Origin: Octopus sinensis
Lineage: Eukaryota
Assembly (NCBI RefSeq): GCF_006345805.1
Contig: NC_042998.1
Coordinates: forward strand, 112,344,001 to 112,408,000
Length of the DNA: 64,000 nt
Reading direction: 5' to 3'
In this document: piece by piece, positions 1-14,300 of the stretch
How the letters are laid out: every line of letters starts with the position of its first letter
Numbering within the stretch: position 1 is the first letter of the stretch
Made by a program: the position numbers and the translations under genes
Notes under the pieces: model-generated
Seen by the model: the letters and a program-made list of their open reading frames with translations, nothing else
Told to the model about the DNA's origin: nothing
Databases searched by the model: none

Positions 1-79
1 AAAGAGACTACAAAATGTATTACCGACCTGTCGTCATCGAGGAAGGAGTCTCATTCATTGTTTTCAGTGACTTAAATCT

Positions 80-245
80 TTCTTTCTCTCTCTCTCTTTC
101 ACCTCTCTCTCTCTCTCTTTCACCTCTCTCTCTCTTTCACCTCTCTCTCTCTTTCACCTCTCTCTCTCTCTCTTTACCTCATCCCTCTCTCTTTTTACCT
201 CCTTCACTCCTCTGTCTCTCTCCCATACTCCTCTCCCCCCTTCTC
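80..245. repeat. Imperfect (CT)n / CTCTCTTTCAC microsatellite
   Basis: Pyrimidine-only repeat tract visible in the sequence; explains ORF 15..281. Confidence 0.9.
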
Positions 246-1330
246 ATTCTCTTCGTATGCGTGTTAGTGTTAGTATGTTGACGAGTTGGCCACTTCAGAG
301 TAGGAGAAAATGGCTTGCAATATTCTTTCCAACTGAGTGAAAATCCCGTTGAAATCAAATTTGTATTTTATCCTTTCGAGGTTGATCTAGTGCCTATATG
401 CAGTGCTGGTTTTCCATTCTTGTCTTTTATAATTTCCTACCTCTCTTACTTTTGAAGTAAAGGTTGACTCCAGCCCGAGTGAGGAATTGACTATGCCAGA
501 ATTAATTTCTGAAACATGCTGAATGTCACGGCAGTATCCTTGTGACGCTGTAGAAGTGAAAGCGCCAAGGGTGAATAAGTGTGTCTCTCTCAATATTACA
601 CTTAAACACTAGGTCTTTTGCATAAAATAACTTGCACTAATTTCCTTGTCGTGGAATCCTGAAAACTGAAAATGTTTATTTTAACACAGAAAAGCAAAAA
701 TTATCAGATATTCAAAAAAGAGATAATTCACAAAGGTACGGGATGAAAGAGAGTATGAGGTGAGGTGAAAAATGATAAATTATGTATAGAAAGAAGAAGC
801 AAACTAGATATAGTTCGGAGGATATAAAGCAAGAAATAAATGGAAAGGAGTTGAAATAAAGAAAAATCTAGGGAAACTAGAATAGAGAATAGCATTAATA
901 AAACATTAGCTTGTGACAAGGAATTGAGAGAGAATAAAGGGGTTTTTTTTCCCAACGATCATAGAAATCAAGGCTGCTCTAGTAACGATGTGTATTTGCT
1001 CGTTATGTCTGTGTTTCCATATATTTGTACCTGTGTGGTTATAAGTGTATGTATGTGTGAATGAAAGCCGCATCTGATACACATAGGAATATTATCAATA
1101 TTTACATCAAATACACAGCGCAGATATATGTATTATCATATATGTATATATAAAGAAAACAAAGAATAAATTTGGCACAACTTTAATATTCGTGACAATT
1201 GTTTCTGTACCCCACCGGAAATATTTGCACAATATGTGAGGTTGAGTAGTGGCAACATATCTTTTACCTATGTATGTATAATTTCTTTTGTATATATATA
1301 TATGTGTGTGATATATATATATATGTGTGT

Positions 1331-1388
<58 letters not shown>

Positions 1389-1413
1389 ATATATATATAT
1401 ATGTGTGTGATAT

Positions 1414-1696
1414 AAAACAATTGCAGCATGGTAGGTGTTTATAAGCCATTTAAGAAACACACCAAAACCATTAGATTCACTTCAACATTTAAATTTAATT
1501 TCTGAAAATATATTCGTCGCTTCGCGACTTGTTCACTAACAAAGTTCTGTGCTGCACATTTAAATTTAAATATTGAAGTGAATCTAATAGTTTTTGTGTG
1601 TTTCTTAAATGGCTTATAAACACCTTCCACGCTGCAATTGTTTTCGTTCCAGCACACGATCTCATATCAGGTTACTTGCTATGCAAGTACATCTCC
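1414..1696. mobile_element. Fold-back PLE-type non-autonomous unit (family FB1, older copy)
   Basis: Inverted arms ~1414-1498 and ~1562-1644, a ~50-bp extra tail at 1645-1696, and TA-rich tracts on both sides. Clearly homologous to 47441-47800. Confidence 0.75.
1499..1542 (-). ncRNA. Decayed hammerhead-like motif, G3-C8 variant (FB1 family)
   Basis: Minus strand reads ttgtta-GTGAACA-a-GTCGC-gaa-GCGAC-GAA-tatattt-tcagaa. Stem II matches the 47.5-kb copies; A15.1 and the 3' half of stem I are damaged. Confidence 0.5.
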
Positions 1697-1729
1697 GTAA
1701 TATATATATATATATACATATATAAAACA

Positions 1730-1866
1730 ACATTATGACCTTGTGGTTAAAAACTTGCATCGTAGCTATGTGGTTTAGACTTCGATACTAGCGTGTGGCA
1801 ACTTGAACTCCCGTTTCTATAGCTTTGTGCTGACAAATGCCTTGTGAGCAGAATTTGGTAGACAAC
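1730..1866 (+). mobile_element. tRNA-derived SINE family B, degenerate 5' part
   Basis: Similar to 48045-48310 (gccttgtgag...atttggtagac). Confidence 0.5.
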
Positions 1867-3030
1867 TGCTAATTTAATTATACCGATAGAGGTTTGTTAT
1901 TTGTAAGGATGCGCGTTCGTTCTTTCAAATCATTGGAAAAAAAAGAGAACACACAAAAAAATTCACTACATATATCAAATTGCGGTGTTCACGAATTTAC
2001 ATATCTAACGTGTACTCCTGCAAATTCACCTGCTCCCATGACAAAGTTGCGACTTTTAAACTTCAGTATCAACACAGTCTCACACAGTGCAACTAATTAA
2101 CTTGCCTAGTTACAGATGTTTGTAATTAAAACTGAGATGTAGACTAGCTAACTAAGGGGTATAGGATAGTGTTAGTGAGTTTGTACTTATATATGTATAT
2201 CTGTATGCGTGAGTATGTAAATATGTATGTATACTTTTATTAAATATATATAAGAAAATATGTTTATGCGCGTGTAAAAACATGTGTACTTATGTATGCT
2301 TGCATGTGTGTGGTGTGTGTGTGTGTGTGTGCGTGTGTGTGAGTGTGTGTATAAATATGTATATAAATGTCAATATACACATTTGCATATATGTTTTTAT
2401 ATGTATGCACATGTACTTGCAAAAAATATGCATGGACAAGAGTGGGTGTATGTATAATATATATGTCCATGCATATACTTATATGTATCAATATATACAC
2501 ACACGCATATATAAATGAATGTGTCTATTTAGATGTATATATGTGGGGTGGGGGTTAGCTGTTTGTGTAAATGTATATGCGTGTCTGTATGTAAATATTT
2601 GTATAGATATACACGTACACGTATTTACATATATGTTTGTACGTATGTGTGTGTATATCCACATGATATTTGTGTGCGCGTGTGTCTAGATATATTTTAA
2701 AAAGCAGCCTCGCCCGCTGGCGGGAACGAACGTGCGACTTTAAAATCGTGTGTTCAACCGCCAAATCGGTAATCTATCGCTACTACATATATTTATGTTT
2801 GCATGAGCGTGTGTATGTTACTTGTCAGTGTTGTGAGTAACATGAGCGTGGGGATTAATTGTACAAATACACAAATGAATAAAAATAAGGTGATTAGTTT
2901 AATAGGAATGTAAATTGGCGCTTGCCTGTAGCAAAATGACAGAACCACTGTATTTCCGTTTTTCTATCTTGATTCAGCATTACAAATATCCATTGTTAGA
3001 AAAGCCTAGAAAACACGCTTTTTATCACAC

Positions 3031-3080
<50 letters not shown>

Positions 3081-3284
3081 ACGCAAAATACTAGTTATGG
3101 CTTCATTTTACTAGTGGGGGAATAAGGCATAATAAGCAGATTTCTAATGTAGTGACTACAGTTCATTGTACAACAATCCGTTTCTTAATGTTTTCATATT
3201 CGAAGAATACTTCTTGGATGACCTAATACACCAAGAATTCTCTCTGTGTATCTTTTGAGGGCGTCTAAAAATATACTTCGCGAT

Positions 3285-3350
3285 ACGAGTTCAAATCCCG
3301 GTGAGGTCAACTGTCCTTTTCATTCTCTCGAGGTCGATAAAATAAGGCAC
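3285..3350 (+). mobile_element. SINE family A fragment
   Basis: B-box gagttcaaatccc followed by gaggtcaactgtccttttcatt...gtcgataaaataag. Confidence 0.6.
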
Positions 3351-4577
3351 CGGACATCATGCTTTCATTGGGATGCTGGACTGCCTGGTAAGTGCATGCG
3401 TATGACGTCAAAATAATGATGTTGCGTTATTAACTGGACCGACAGGTCAGTTAAGTTGCTTGATTTCTGGTTCATTTAGACGCAACTGGGACGAGGTATC
3501 CAGTCTCACCCAGTGTTAGTTTAATGGGAAACTATCCTAGAAGATCAAGCATACATCGCTGCCATCGTATATTACTAGGTCAGCACCGTATTTTAGCCCA
3601 GTATTTTGTCAAACCAGATTGAAGCATCTGCTCTTTTGCATGTTGTAGAAGGAGCACGTACCACTGATTTGGTGGTCTATTTGATACCACAACCCCTTGC
3701 GTTGAGGACTCGGTAAACTGTGACTGATGACACTAGACATGTGTGAAGCTACAGCATCTAAAAAGATTCCTGGGTGTGAGGTCGCTCTCTCTGTCATTTT
3801 TACCACATATTGTCTCGTCGATTAAGCTGATGTCCTGGATCAAATAAACAACAACATCGGACATCTGACGATGTCAAGTGCTACCAGCTTTCTAATGCCT
3901 GTTGACGAACTTCCACATTATTTTTGTAAATTGGATTAATGGAGAGAAAGAGTGATAAAGTTCCAACGGAAAGTGAGCTTTGATGAGAATCAAGTAGTTG
4001 ATTTGTCTTGAAGGGCATTCAGAGATCTCTTGTCTGGTTGTACTATTGGGGGAATTGTCGCAAGGAGCTCTAAGGGTCTCCCCATGAAGACCACAGTATG
4101 ACGAATCCGTTTTTCACACATTCAGTGTCCAAGCATTACTGACTTGTGAGTTATGATGGCCTTTCTTTCCGAAGAGGGACACAATTTTCTTTTGACTAGT
4201 GGCTACAACCAAAGATCTTTTATTCCTACCCACAGCTGAATAAATTGAGACAGTCACTTTTATCCTCGGTCAAGCCTTCGTCCACTTCTATAAGTTCCCT
4301 TCCAAGAGGAAGGTAAGGGTGGAGAGGGAGCTGCTGCCTTGTAATGAAATTGTTGAAAGGAGAGTAACAGCGATGAATTTGGCTCGAGTTAATGAGCATA
4401 CTGTCAGCATACGCCTGAAGGCCGAGGGAAACAGTTATCTGGGCAAACCTACATTAGGTAATGAGGTCCCTTGCATGGCCTAGGGAACCACCCCATCTCT
4501 CGTGACTTTCTCATATATGTGTGTCCTGAATTTTTTTCCAGAAGCTCTAACTACTTCCAGCTCTCCATAATAATGAT

Positions 4578-4790
4578 GATTTCAAATTTTAGCACAAGAC
4601 CAGCAATTTCGAGGAGGGGGTAAGTCATTTGCATCGATCCCAGTTCCCAACTGTTACTTAATTTATTGACCCTGAAAGGATGCAATGCAAAGTAGACCTC
4701 GGCGGAATTTGAACTCAGAACATGCAGACGGACGAAATTCCGCTAAGCCTTTTGCCTAGAGTGCTTACGATTCTGCCAGCTCGCCGCCTT
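4578..4790 (-). mobile_element. tRNA-derived SINE family A (octopus OK/OR-like), full length
   Basis: Minus-strand head ggcggcgagctggcagaatcg, B-box gagttcaaattcc, and the shared body seen in more than 10 copies in this window. Confidence 0.85.
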
Positions 4791-4818
4791 AATGATGATG
4801 ATGATAATAAGTAATTAT

Positions 4819-5018
4819 TATTTCTACTCTTGGCACAAGGCTTTGAAAATTTTGGGGGAAGGAGCTAGTGGATTACATCAACCCCAGTGCGTAACTGGTA
4901 CTCATTTCATCGACTCCGAAAGGATGAAAGGCAAAATCGACCTCGGCAGAATTTGAACTCAGAACGTAGCAGCAGACGAAATATCGCTTAGCATTTCGCC
5001 CGGCGTGATGACGATTCT
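4819..5018 (-). mobile_element. SINE family A, near full length
   Basis: Same body and tail as the other family A copies. Confidence 0.85.
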
Positions 5019-5032
5019 GGTGCTACCCTAGC

Positions 5033-5110
5033 TCTTGACTGATACTTTATTTTATCGATTCCGGACTCATAAAAGGCAGAGTTCAATTATACGAAATTTG
5101 AACTCGGAAT
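5033..5110 (-). mobile_element. SINE family A fragment
   Basis: ctgatactttattttatcga...aatttgaactc. Confidence 0.55.
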
Positions 5111-5358
5111 TTTAAATAAAATTTGTAAACAAGCAGATCGAAACCCTTTAACCACTTCTCTGTTTAATCTGTTTTACGTAGCTCCCCACCACTTCTAACC
5201 AGCATTTACATTCTTTTTACACCGTTATTTTACCATATGGTTGCTGTTGGTTTGCATACATCGACTTTAAATTACGTTTATGTTTGGCTTAGTAAATTGA
5301 AGAGAAAGGGAAGGGCATTCGGTGATTAGTGCGTGTGTGTCTGTGCATCTGTACAGCA

Positions 5359-5413
<55 letters not shown>

Positions 5414-8208
5414 GAAGGGATAGAACACAACAGAGGCTAAGAATAACACGAAGTGAGAAGGGAAGTGTGTTCTGTGGGAAGAGGCGCTTAAGTGTGATTT
5501 TATATTTGTGCGAAAGACGGAGAAAGAGGTAGGTTGGTGGTTAGAAAGTTAGAGATATAGTTGTGTACATGAAGCTTAGAATAATTGTATGCGTATGTGG
5601 TTCATGAATGTGTGTGTGTGTTGGTGCATGAGGATTATAATGAAAAGAAAAGAAAAGAGGGCGGTAGTGTTTAGAGAGAGAGAGAAAACATAAAGCTCTA
5701 ATAGTATGATGGCTGGTTGCAAAACAGCAAAGTCGTTTTTACAAGCTGCCATATGTGTTTCAATGCCAGCTCAATAGTGACAGGTGGTAAAGCTGTGAGA
5801 GCAACAGATTGGACTCAAAATGTATACGACACCTCCACCCAGCAACCCCGTCACCACACCAACACCACCCTCATACCGTGTCCCCAGGGCGTGGGAAATA
5901 AGCAGCAGATTGTCGGCAGATTTGTTTGTATGTTTTTATTTGTAGCTGATTGCTTACACAGATTCATGGAAACATACCTATACATTGAACTATATACCTA
6001 ACTACAAACGACCTTAACAACAATGTAAAAAAAATAATGCTAGTAACGACAATAGCAATAATGATTATCATAATTATTTTCCTCTTTTTAATGGCCACAA
6101 GGGCCCATATATGTAATATAAATCGTGTCATATTAAAAGAGGTTACAAACCGAGGTGGGATTTGTGTATATTTATAATGAACAGACAGTGGAAAACAAAA
6201 ACAATGCAATATATTAAAGCAGGTTAAAAATTTGGGACACAAAGCAACAATAACAAAAAAAAAAAATGAACATCATCCCCACACAGATGTGAGAAAATGC
6301 CACCTGGGTACTCTCGGGGTAACCCACATGTTTGATCAACTTCAGTACCGACCATTTTCGGCTTTAGTTGAGTTGGAAGGCTCCCACTTCTACATTCTCT
6401 GAGCTGTGATTTCTCATCTTTTTGTTAGAATGTTGTGGTACTCGCCCCCATTTATTTGAAAATCAGTATAATATTTCATTCGCCCTCTATTAGGGTCACT
6501 ATTAAACCAAGCAATCTAGTATTGCCTTTTGAAGTACTATAAAGTTCAGGAACTCCGTGGAGACTGATTTTTTTTTTAAGAGACTTCCAATAACTTTCTA
6601 GTCTTTCGTTTAGGATCACTCAGTTTTTAGCACCTCTTTCTGATCTTAATGCCTAAACAGTTTCTTCCACTGCTCTAATCTCGATCTCCTCCCCCATCGT
6701 TTCTCGACAGTTGGATGGTACTTCTACTCATAGCTTTTATCCTTCCTATGTTGGAGAAGAAGACTCCTCAGCTTCTCGGTTGTCGTTGGCTCTTGGTAAT
6801 GGTACTATCAAGGATGAAGAAATTCATTTTGCTCCCGCTCTGGCTATACTCAGCTGTCTTTTTTCTTTCTCTTTCCAAAAAGAAGACATTTATATCCCCT
6901 TTACTACCATGCACTATTCTATACCACTGTTGCTTGATAGTCACTCAGATTCAAGCCTTTTCCCCATCCTGTCCAATCAAATCCCACCCATTGAATACCA
7001 TCAATTATCTCGAAAATGACGATAAAAAAGGATCGTTGTAACTACTACTATCTTGTTACTACCGTATTTCCTTGCTCCATGTACTGCTGCTGCATCAGAC
7101 TATTGACAGGTGTGTACTAAACCAGTTCTGCAATTTCTGTTTTGTGCATAAATTTCTCGGTCAAGAAGACACTTTCTTTTTGTATGTGACAGCTCATTCA
7201 CGTTTCTTTGTCACGAATTAAACGTTGCCTGGTATTTCCTTTTGGCTTACAATGCCAGTAAATGATGACAAAGCAATGATGGTGGTGGTGGTGGTGGTGG
7301 TGGTCGTCGTCGTCGTCGTCGTCGTCGTAGGCTGTCAGTTACACTTGCCCTAATCAAATGTGAATGTTGGTGTTTACAAGTGTGTTTTCATTGTCGTTTT
7401 CTTTCTGATAATTTGTTGTTAGTCGGTTTTCAAAGTTAGGAGGTATATTCTATCATCAAAGAAAAGGAATGGTCAATGCTTCCACGCATTTCCATTTACT
7501 CAGTTTCACTCACAAGCCTCTTTGATCATCCCAAACCTGCAGAATAGGTCAGGATGGTCACGGCTGATCATAAGTTTGCTCGATTATGGCCAGCCTTGGG
7601 CTAAACACTGCTTGTGACGGTTAATGGAGACGGTAATATTCAGTGGTATATTTTGGTGGGGTCTTACTGTTGTTGTTTAGCCCCAATGGGCACTGAATCA
7701 AAGTATTCCAGATGTGACTATCCCGTCTATATTGCAGACGTAATGCGGCTAAGATCATAGTAAATGTGACTTTTTTTATGAATAGGATGCTGTGAGCGGA
7801 GGGAGATTTGGTTACTATTTCTTGCTTACTGAGTGGTCAAAAATGGTTTCTTCAAATATTTGATGATCACCATTGCGGACGGTTAGAATGGTAGCACGTA
7901 TCCTTGGTTGTTGCAGTTAAACACCACCACCTGTTATTTGGGGGCCTTTAGCAGAGTTCACCCTATTGTATGCATTGGAACCAGGTATCTGATTCCAGAA
8001 TAACTTCCACTTTTCCTCTTAGCATTCTTCAAGGACCCCAAAAGGCGCATAGAATGGTTTCTTCTCTTTTGACGAGGTCATTCAACAAGAAAAGTTACCT
8101 AACCATCGACAACTGTCTTTCATTAAATTATCATGTTTGATTTGTTGATATAATCATTATACTATGAAGTGTGTGACTAACTTGATGATTTTTTTGGTTT
8201 CTCTTTAG

Positions 8209-8390
8209 CTGCCGGTGTGGAAGCTGTGACAGAGGAAAATGTGAAAGAGGTCGTTTGTCAAATGATGTCGTTCAATGCATCAACACAGCAATGTCAACAG
8301 AAAGCCACCTTTAACTTTCACAGTCTCGAGAAGAAAAGGAAAATTCCAAGTTTCTCTCAGATCCAGCGGAGACGATCAAAATACCTATAA
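8209..8390 (+). CDS. Possible isolated host coding exon, product unknown (AGVEAVTEENVKEVVCQMMSF...IQRRRSKYL*)
   Basis: Branch-point-like gactaac (8175-8181), a pyrimidine tract and tttag acceptor at 8208, then 59 open codons in non-repetitive sequence. No homologue recognised. Confidence 0.35.
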
Positions 8391-8828
8391 TTTCAGTAAT
8401 GGTACGTTGTTTTCTATATAAATCATAAGGATAACAGAAATACACAAAGATTAGACAGTAAATAGGCAAAAACGCTATACTTTCTATTCTGCCTTACTGG
8501 TACTAGTTATTTAGATGTAGTCATGTTGAGACACTGCCATGAATGTTTAGATTAATGCAAAGCACAAATGAAGATTATATGATACCATATTATACGCTCA
8601 TACATACATTCAGACACAAATACATATGTATGTGTGAGTACGTGTCATGTGTGATTTGCATTAGCTTGCACATAATCGCACACACATATATATGAAGTAT
8701 AGTGAGGGGTGCACTGGTAAAGTAGAACATAGAGAAACAGCAAACACGAGAGACGAAGGTAGAAAGAAAAGAAATCAAAGCAAGAGATTATCTTGCTGGA
8801 AATTATTAAAGTGTTACCTAGTTGCATG

Positions 8829-8834
<6 letters not shown>

Positions 8835-8878
<44 letters not shown>
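8835..8878. repeat. (CA)n microsatellite
   Basis: Visible perfect tract. Confidence 0.95.
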
Positions 8879-8880
<2 letters not shown>

Positions 8881-10488
8881 TATTGTTGTTGCAGTGCTAA
8901 TTCTAACTGGAGTGTGTGATTTAACACTGCAACCTGAAAAAAATTTTGGTTGCATTTGGAAACCATCCAGGGTAACTACATATCAGACTTGCAATTTAGA
9001 AACCAGCCTTTCTACGGGGCATCAGTTCCTATAAAATGTATATAAATGTGCATTTGCGCTAGTATTTCTAATTTGAAATACAACAGAAAAAGAGAGAAAC
9101 AAGAAAAAGTAGATATGCGACACGAATCTTTGAATTGGAGCTATATAACATAGGGAAGAAAGTAAGAGGAGAGTGATGTTTGCTTTTGTTTTTTTGTAAA
9201 TTCCATCTAAAACAATATAAAGAAACTGTTTCTCTATTTCCTTTCAGATAAGAAAGACAACAAATCGCAGACATAAACAACGAACATATCCATATATGGT
9301 TTTCGAAAATTTCCGCCATTTTTCTGGTGACATTCCGCTGAATTCTTTATTTTTTCCCTTGCAACTTGCCGCTGGAAGCGAAATATATCCGACATATCTT
9401 CTTCAGCAGGTCTCTTCCTCTCAGAAGCAGTAATAGATTCAGTTGGGAGATATCTGATGAAGAAAAGAGGAGAAGAATGAAAGGCTGAAAGAGAAAGTAT
9501 GAAAGGAAATGCAAGACATTTTAATATCTAATCAACCAAATTCAACTGCCTGGTTCACTTCTAACCAAATATTACACAAAAGAACAAATCACACAGCCTG
9601 ATTGATTGATCAAAGAATATTCAATAAAATAAGTTACCTCCGATGTTGTTTTGAGGAGAACGAAGGGGCCCTTTTTTGTAACTTTCTTACCTGTTTCTAT
9701 TTATTAACACCGAGTCCTTACATAGACAGAAGGTCTCATAATTTTAAGGGACGGGAAATAATATTTCTGTCCCCAACAACATAAAGGACTCAGACGAACT
9801 GCAACTGCCACTTGTGAGAATTGAAACGAAGATGTGGATTCTGTACATTGAGAATCACTCCACTCGAACTTTTCAGCACTTTTACTTTTTTGTTTGTTAT
9901 TAAAAGTGCTATGGACAACGATACACGATGGTAAGGTCACAATGAAACAATCCCACCATCCGGTTTCGATTCTAGTTGGGACCACTTCATTATATGTTTC
10001 TAAATGACATGAATATCATCCACTTCCACCCAACCCCATACTTCTACAGTGTATGCTTATGTAAAAAAAAAGAAAAAGATTACAAATGATGTGGTGGTAT
10101 AATATGTCCATGGTGAATTGAATATGTAACCCAAATGTTTGATTTCTTGGAACTGCTCTGCTTACTTCACTAACATAAATTAGTAAAGCTGCAAACGTCA
10201 CAAATTTCTCTCATTTCGTTTTCAAACACTAAGGCTTTTATTGCTATGTTAAATACTAAGTTGGCCTACTTTTTAGAATATGCCGTGTATTGGTGTATTA
10301 CTGCATCTAGCTTGATGCCTCATATACTAGGAGATTGCTGTATCTTTCAACGAGATTTCATAAAAATAGTTAATGAATAATTGTTCATATTGTAATAGTT
10401 TTGTTGTCACATTGGCTTGTGTAACACCACTTAGAAGAGATCTATTTCTACTATTTTCCAAAGCTTATATCCACTTACAAGTTACTCA

Positions 10489-10537
<49 letters not shown>
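10489..10537. repeat. (AAT)n microsatellite
   Basis: Visible perfect tract. Confidence 0.95.
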
Positions 10538-10538
<1 letters not shown>

Positions 10539-13500
10539 CACTCATTGTTATAACACATCAAGTACAGTACATAAATACTTTACACAGTTCCCATTCCATA
10601 ATACAACTTAATACGTATGCTTACATAACTGACACCCGTCACTGTAACACACATCTCACTCGACACCAACAAATTACACAATCACATTGTACAGAATTTT
10701 CTATCCAGTCGCAAAGCATAACCCACACAATGCATATGCTACACACACAACATAACTCCCACAACACATACGAAGCGCAATAGCCACCAAGCAATTCTGA
10801 ACAATTCACACTGCACATATCTTACACAACAGAGAAAACGCTGACATGATACCAGAAACAACGAAACAATCCCCACAACAAAGGAAAACTGATTTAGCTT
10901 TCAAACTCCATTCTATATCCGTAAGAAACAAATGCTGAACACACCACAGGAACACGGAGGTGCAAACGATGGTGCTTTAGAAACTCGTATAAAACTATTG
11001 AAAACATGCTGATGATGATGACGATAATAATAATACTATCATTCCGTTTTTGTAGTGTGTATTTCTTGCCACTGTAATTTGATTTTAAGTTCCTTATTGT
11101 CCCACCACACCATTCAAGGAATTAATTGGGGTGCAAAGGGTTCTAGCTTGTTATTTCTACATCATCACATAACTAATCCCACCGATTCTTTAATTACTTT
11201 ACAAATGCATTTTGGGTTTTATTCCTTATTTCCTTTTTAATATAAATAGATTTGCCTCACTGTTTAAAATGATATTTCATACTGAAATTTTGCATAATAG
11301 ATTGTTATTGTAATATAAAAGAAAACTTCATCGTGGTTCAGTGAAACCTGGTGTATGTAATAGCAGCAATATAGTCGAAGAAAGGACTTTCATTCTTAAC
11401 AGTCCGTGAAATAATTACCAGTAATTATCTAGAATAGATTAGTTGAACTCTCTTCCTTTTCATGTAAATATTATTCTTGTATCGAGTCAAAACAAACCGA
11501 CATTTCATATTACGAAGGTTAGTCATCGTTGGTAAATAGTTGAAGTTGGTAAAAGCAACGATAGCGAAACTTTTTTCTTTAGTTCTAATATTGCCAGATC
11601 GTGTTGCCCCCTAATCAATAAAGTGAGTACCAATATGGAAATAATCATATGAAATCACCTGATGATTAATATACTAACGCTACTCCCACCGAACTAGTTC
11701 CCCATTGAAGCAATTTTAGATCAATTACGTCGCCAATGCCCTTCTTTCATATGATCCTATTTCCTTCATCTCTTCTAGGTTTGAGGTAGTACTGGAATCA
11801 GTAAATGGTCACTAGGTATTCAGTCAGACAGCCAATCAACAATTATCTTCCCCACATGGGCGCTCATTCATCATTCGTTACCTGTAGAAATATATAGAGA
11901 TCAATGTAGAGTCTACTTTATCTGCCTATGATAACTAACCAGATTATTATGAAACATAAAGATATATTTCAAGTTAACACTTGGGAAATTGCCGAGATAT
12001 ATTTCATAATCAGAAAGGAATAATCACGCAATCACACATACACACATTCATTACATACGCAAACACATAATAGTTACATAAAGTAAATAACAAAAATCTA
12101 GCATTGTACACACAACAAATTCAAATCGTAGTGGGTGGGATATATGTGTGTGTGTGTGTGTATGTATGTAATGGCATGCGTGTGTGTTGTAGGATTGACT
12201 CATAGTATAGACAGATGGAAGGAGTGTGCGTGCAGAAGAAAGAGTAATATAAGAAAAATGAGGGAAATATGAAAAGTTTTAGCAGTTCTTTAGATTTCGA
12301 TTAACCTCCTTAGCTTACGGCGGCTGGCTCTTGTCAAAGATAGCTGTGCTCAGCCATATAACTTTCCAATCTTGCTTTCTCTTACTCTACATCGTTCACA
12401 CGCACTTCCAGCATGGCAAGCGGACTTCCTGCTTGAATTCCACAATTCTTGCCAGCTTCTGCTCGACATGTGATGAGAATTGCAGGAAAATTTAATTTAG
12501 AATATAAAGAGATACTACTACTACTACCACTATCACCGCCACCACTGCTACGACTACTTTATTTGCCACAAGTGCAACAGATACAGTACTCGATAATGCA
12601 CTGGAAGAATATGGCTTTTACATCGAAAGTGAGCATTAAAACAAGTAGGAGAAATTACATGAATTTTTGAAAAATATAAGGATTTATTTTATTGCCAAGA
12701 GGCAGACAGATGGTTGACATTACAAAAAGAGTTGATAATTCCTGTTATTGGCCACAAGGGCCCAATACGTTAGAGAGAGTACAAGGATCAAATACAAAAA
12801 TAGAATTAGAAAAATGGCGAGATGAATAATAACAATAAGGAAACAAATAAATAAATGATTGAAGAAAATGAAGCCAGTTAAATTCCATAGGGAAAGGAGT
12901 GTGTCGATTAGAATAGGCGAAGGATATCGCTGGTGTTTATCTAGTAATAAAACAGAAAACAAATTCTAAGACACAATGGCTTATACTTATAGCCAAGGGA
13001 AATGTCTTTTCCAAGAACTTTAACGCTTTAAGCAAAGTAAATCGACTTCAACTGAAATTGAGGACCATCTGGTTGAGACGGCTCACTAATGATGTGTATT
13101 TAGCTCTGCGGATCATGTCACGCGGCTTGAGAGAAATTAATATGAGTTTCTCCTTGTAATAAACAAGGCTGTTATTTTTGTAATAATACATGTTGTCGAT
13201 TGCGTTAGACTCTAATATTTTTTTGTCTTTTTGCATGATTTCCATCCCCTTTCATTACCATTATTTTACTGGTATTTGCTTAACGCGACGAAATGAAAAG
13301 CAATATAGACAACTAGTGATCTCGACAGGTTTTCAGTATTAAGGAAAGCAAAATATTAAAGCTAACGTTTTGGGGTGTTTACTATGTCCTTGTTCATATT
13401 TATTATCAAAATATCAATGATAAATCAAACAATATAAACAGTATAAATAGGAGAAAGTATAAATAGGAATATCTAAAATCAGCAATAACTAAAGGAAAAT

Positions 13501-13569
13501 ATTTTGTTAAAAAGTAAAAAAACAAAGAAAAAATTCGTTAAATGTCAGGTAGTTTAAATACAGTAAAGC

Positions 13570-13613
<44 letters not shown>
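13570..13613. repeat. (TAG)n microsatellite
   Basis: Visible perfect tract. Confidence 0.95.
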
Positions 13614-13614
<1 letters not shown>

Positions 13615-14203
13615 CGAGACGTAGAATGTTCTGAGCATACGGTTGGTATCTATCAGCCAGGCACGAGACAGCCGTTGAAAGGATTTAGTTTTAAAGGTAA
13701 TGACATCTGTTACCACTGGACTTAGACTTATACTGAAACAGGTGCATGGCAAACACCGTATATAATCGTATGTGTGTCATATGCATGTATGTACGTTAAG
13801 ACCATACGCCAACACACACACACACACACACAGACATACACATGTACACACTCGCATACATGGAAGAAGCATAGTAAATCATTTAAGAACACACAAGAAT
13901 ATTATATTCCGTTTTCGTTTATTTCTTAATAGTACTGTCTATCATAAATTGCCAAAAAGTTTCTTCCCACTACAGCGAGCTTTTCACTGACAATTCTATT
14001 GCAGATCTGTTAGAAACCCTGATTGCATGACACAAAACTTCTCGACACTTCATCATAAACTGTACTCTTCAGAAATAAGCGAAAAGTGATTATAATAGAT
14101 TTTGTGTTGGCCATTCACTGAAATGACTCTTATATAGTAATGTCTATTGAATCACATGATTTTACATCATATCACTTGACAAGCAGTTACAACTCTTTCT
14201 CGT

Positions 14204-14300
<97 letters not shown>

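Noticed and set aside
3724-3760. CTGATGA hit; similar CTGANGA hits near 9455, 27915, 28090, 30340 and 37186
   Set aside because: No stem II plus GAAA plus UH plus stem I arrangement could be built.
3360-4560. Possible decayed LINE endonuclease/ORF1 on the minus strand (DISLIDET)
   Set aside because: Motif matches were too weak to support without an alignment.
9704-9985. 93-aa minus-strand ORF, and a nearby acceptor-like open frame at ~9230-9452
   Set aside because: No recognisable domain or convincing donor sites; compatible with chance.
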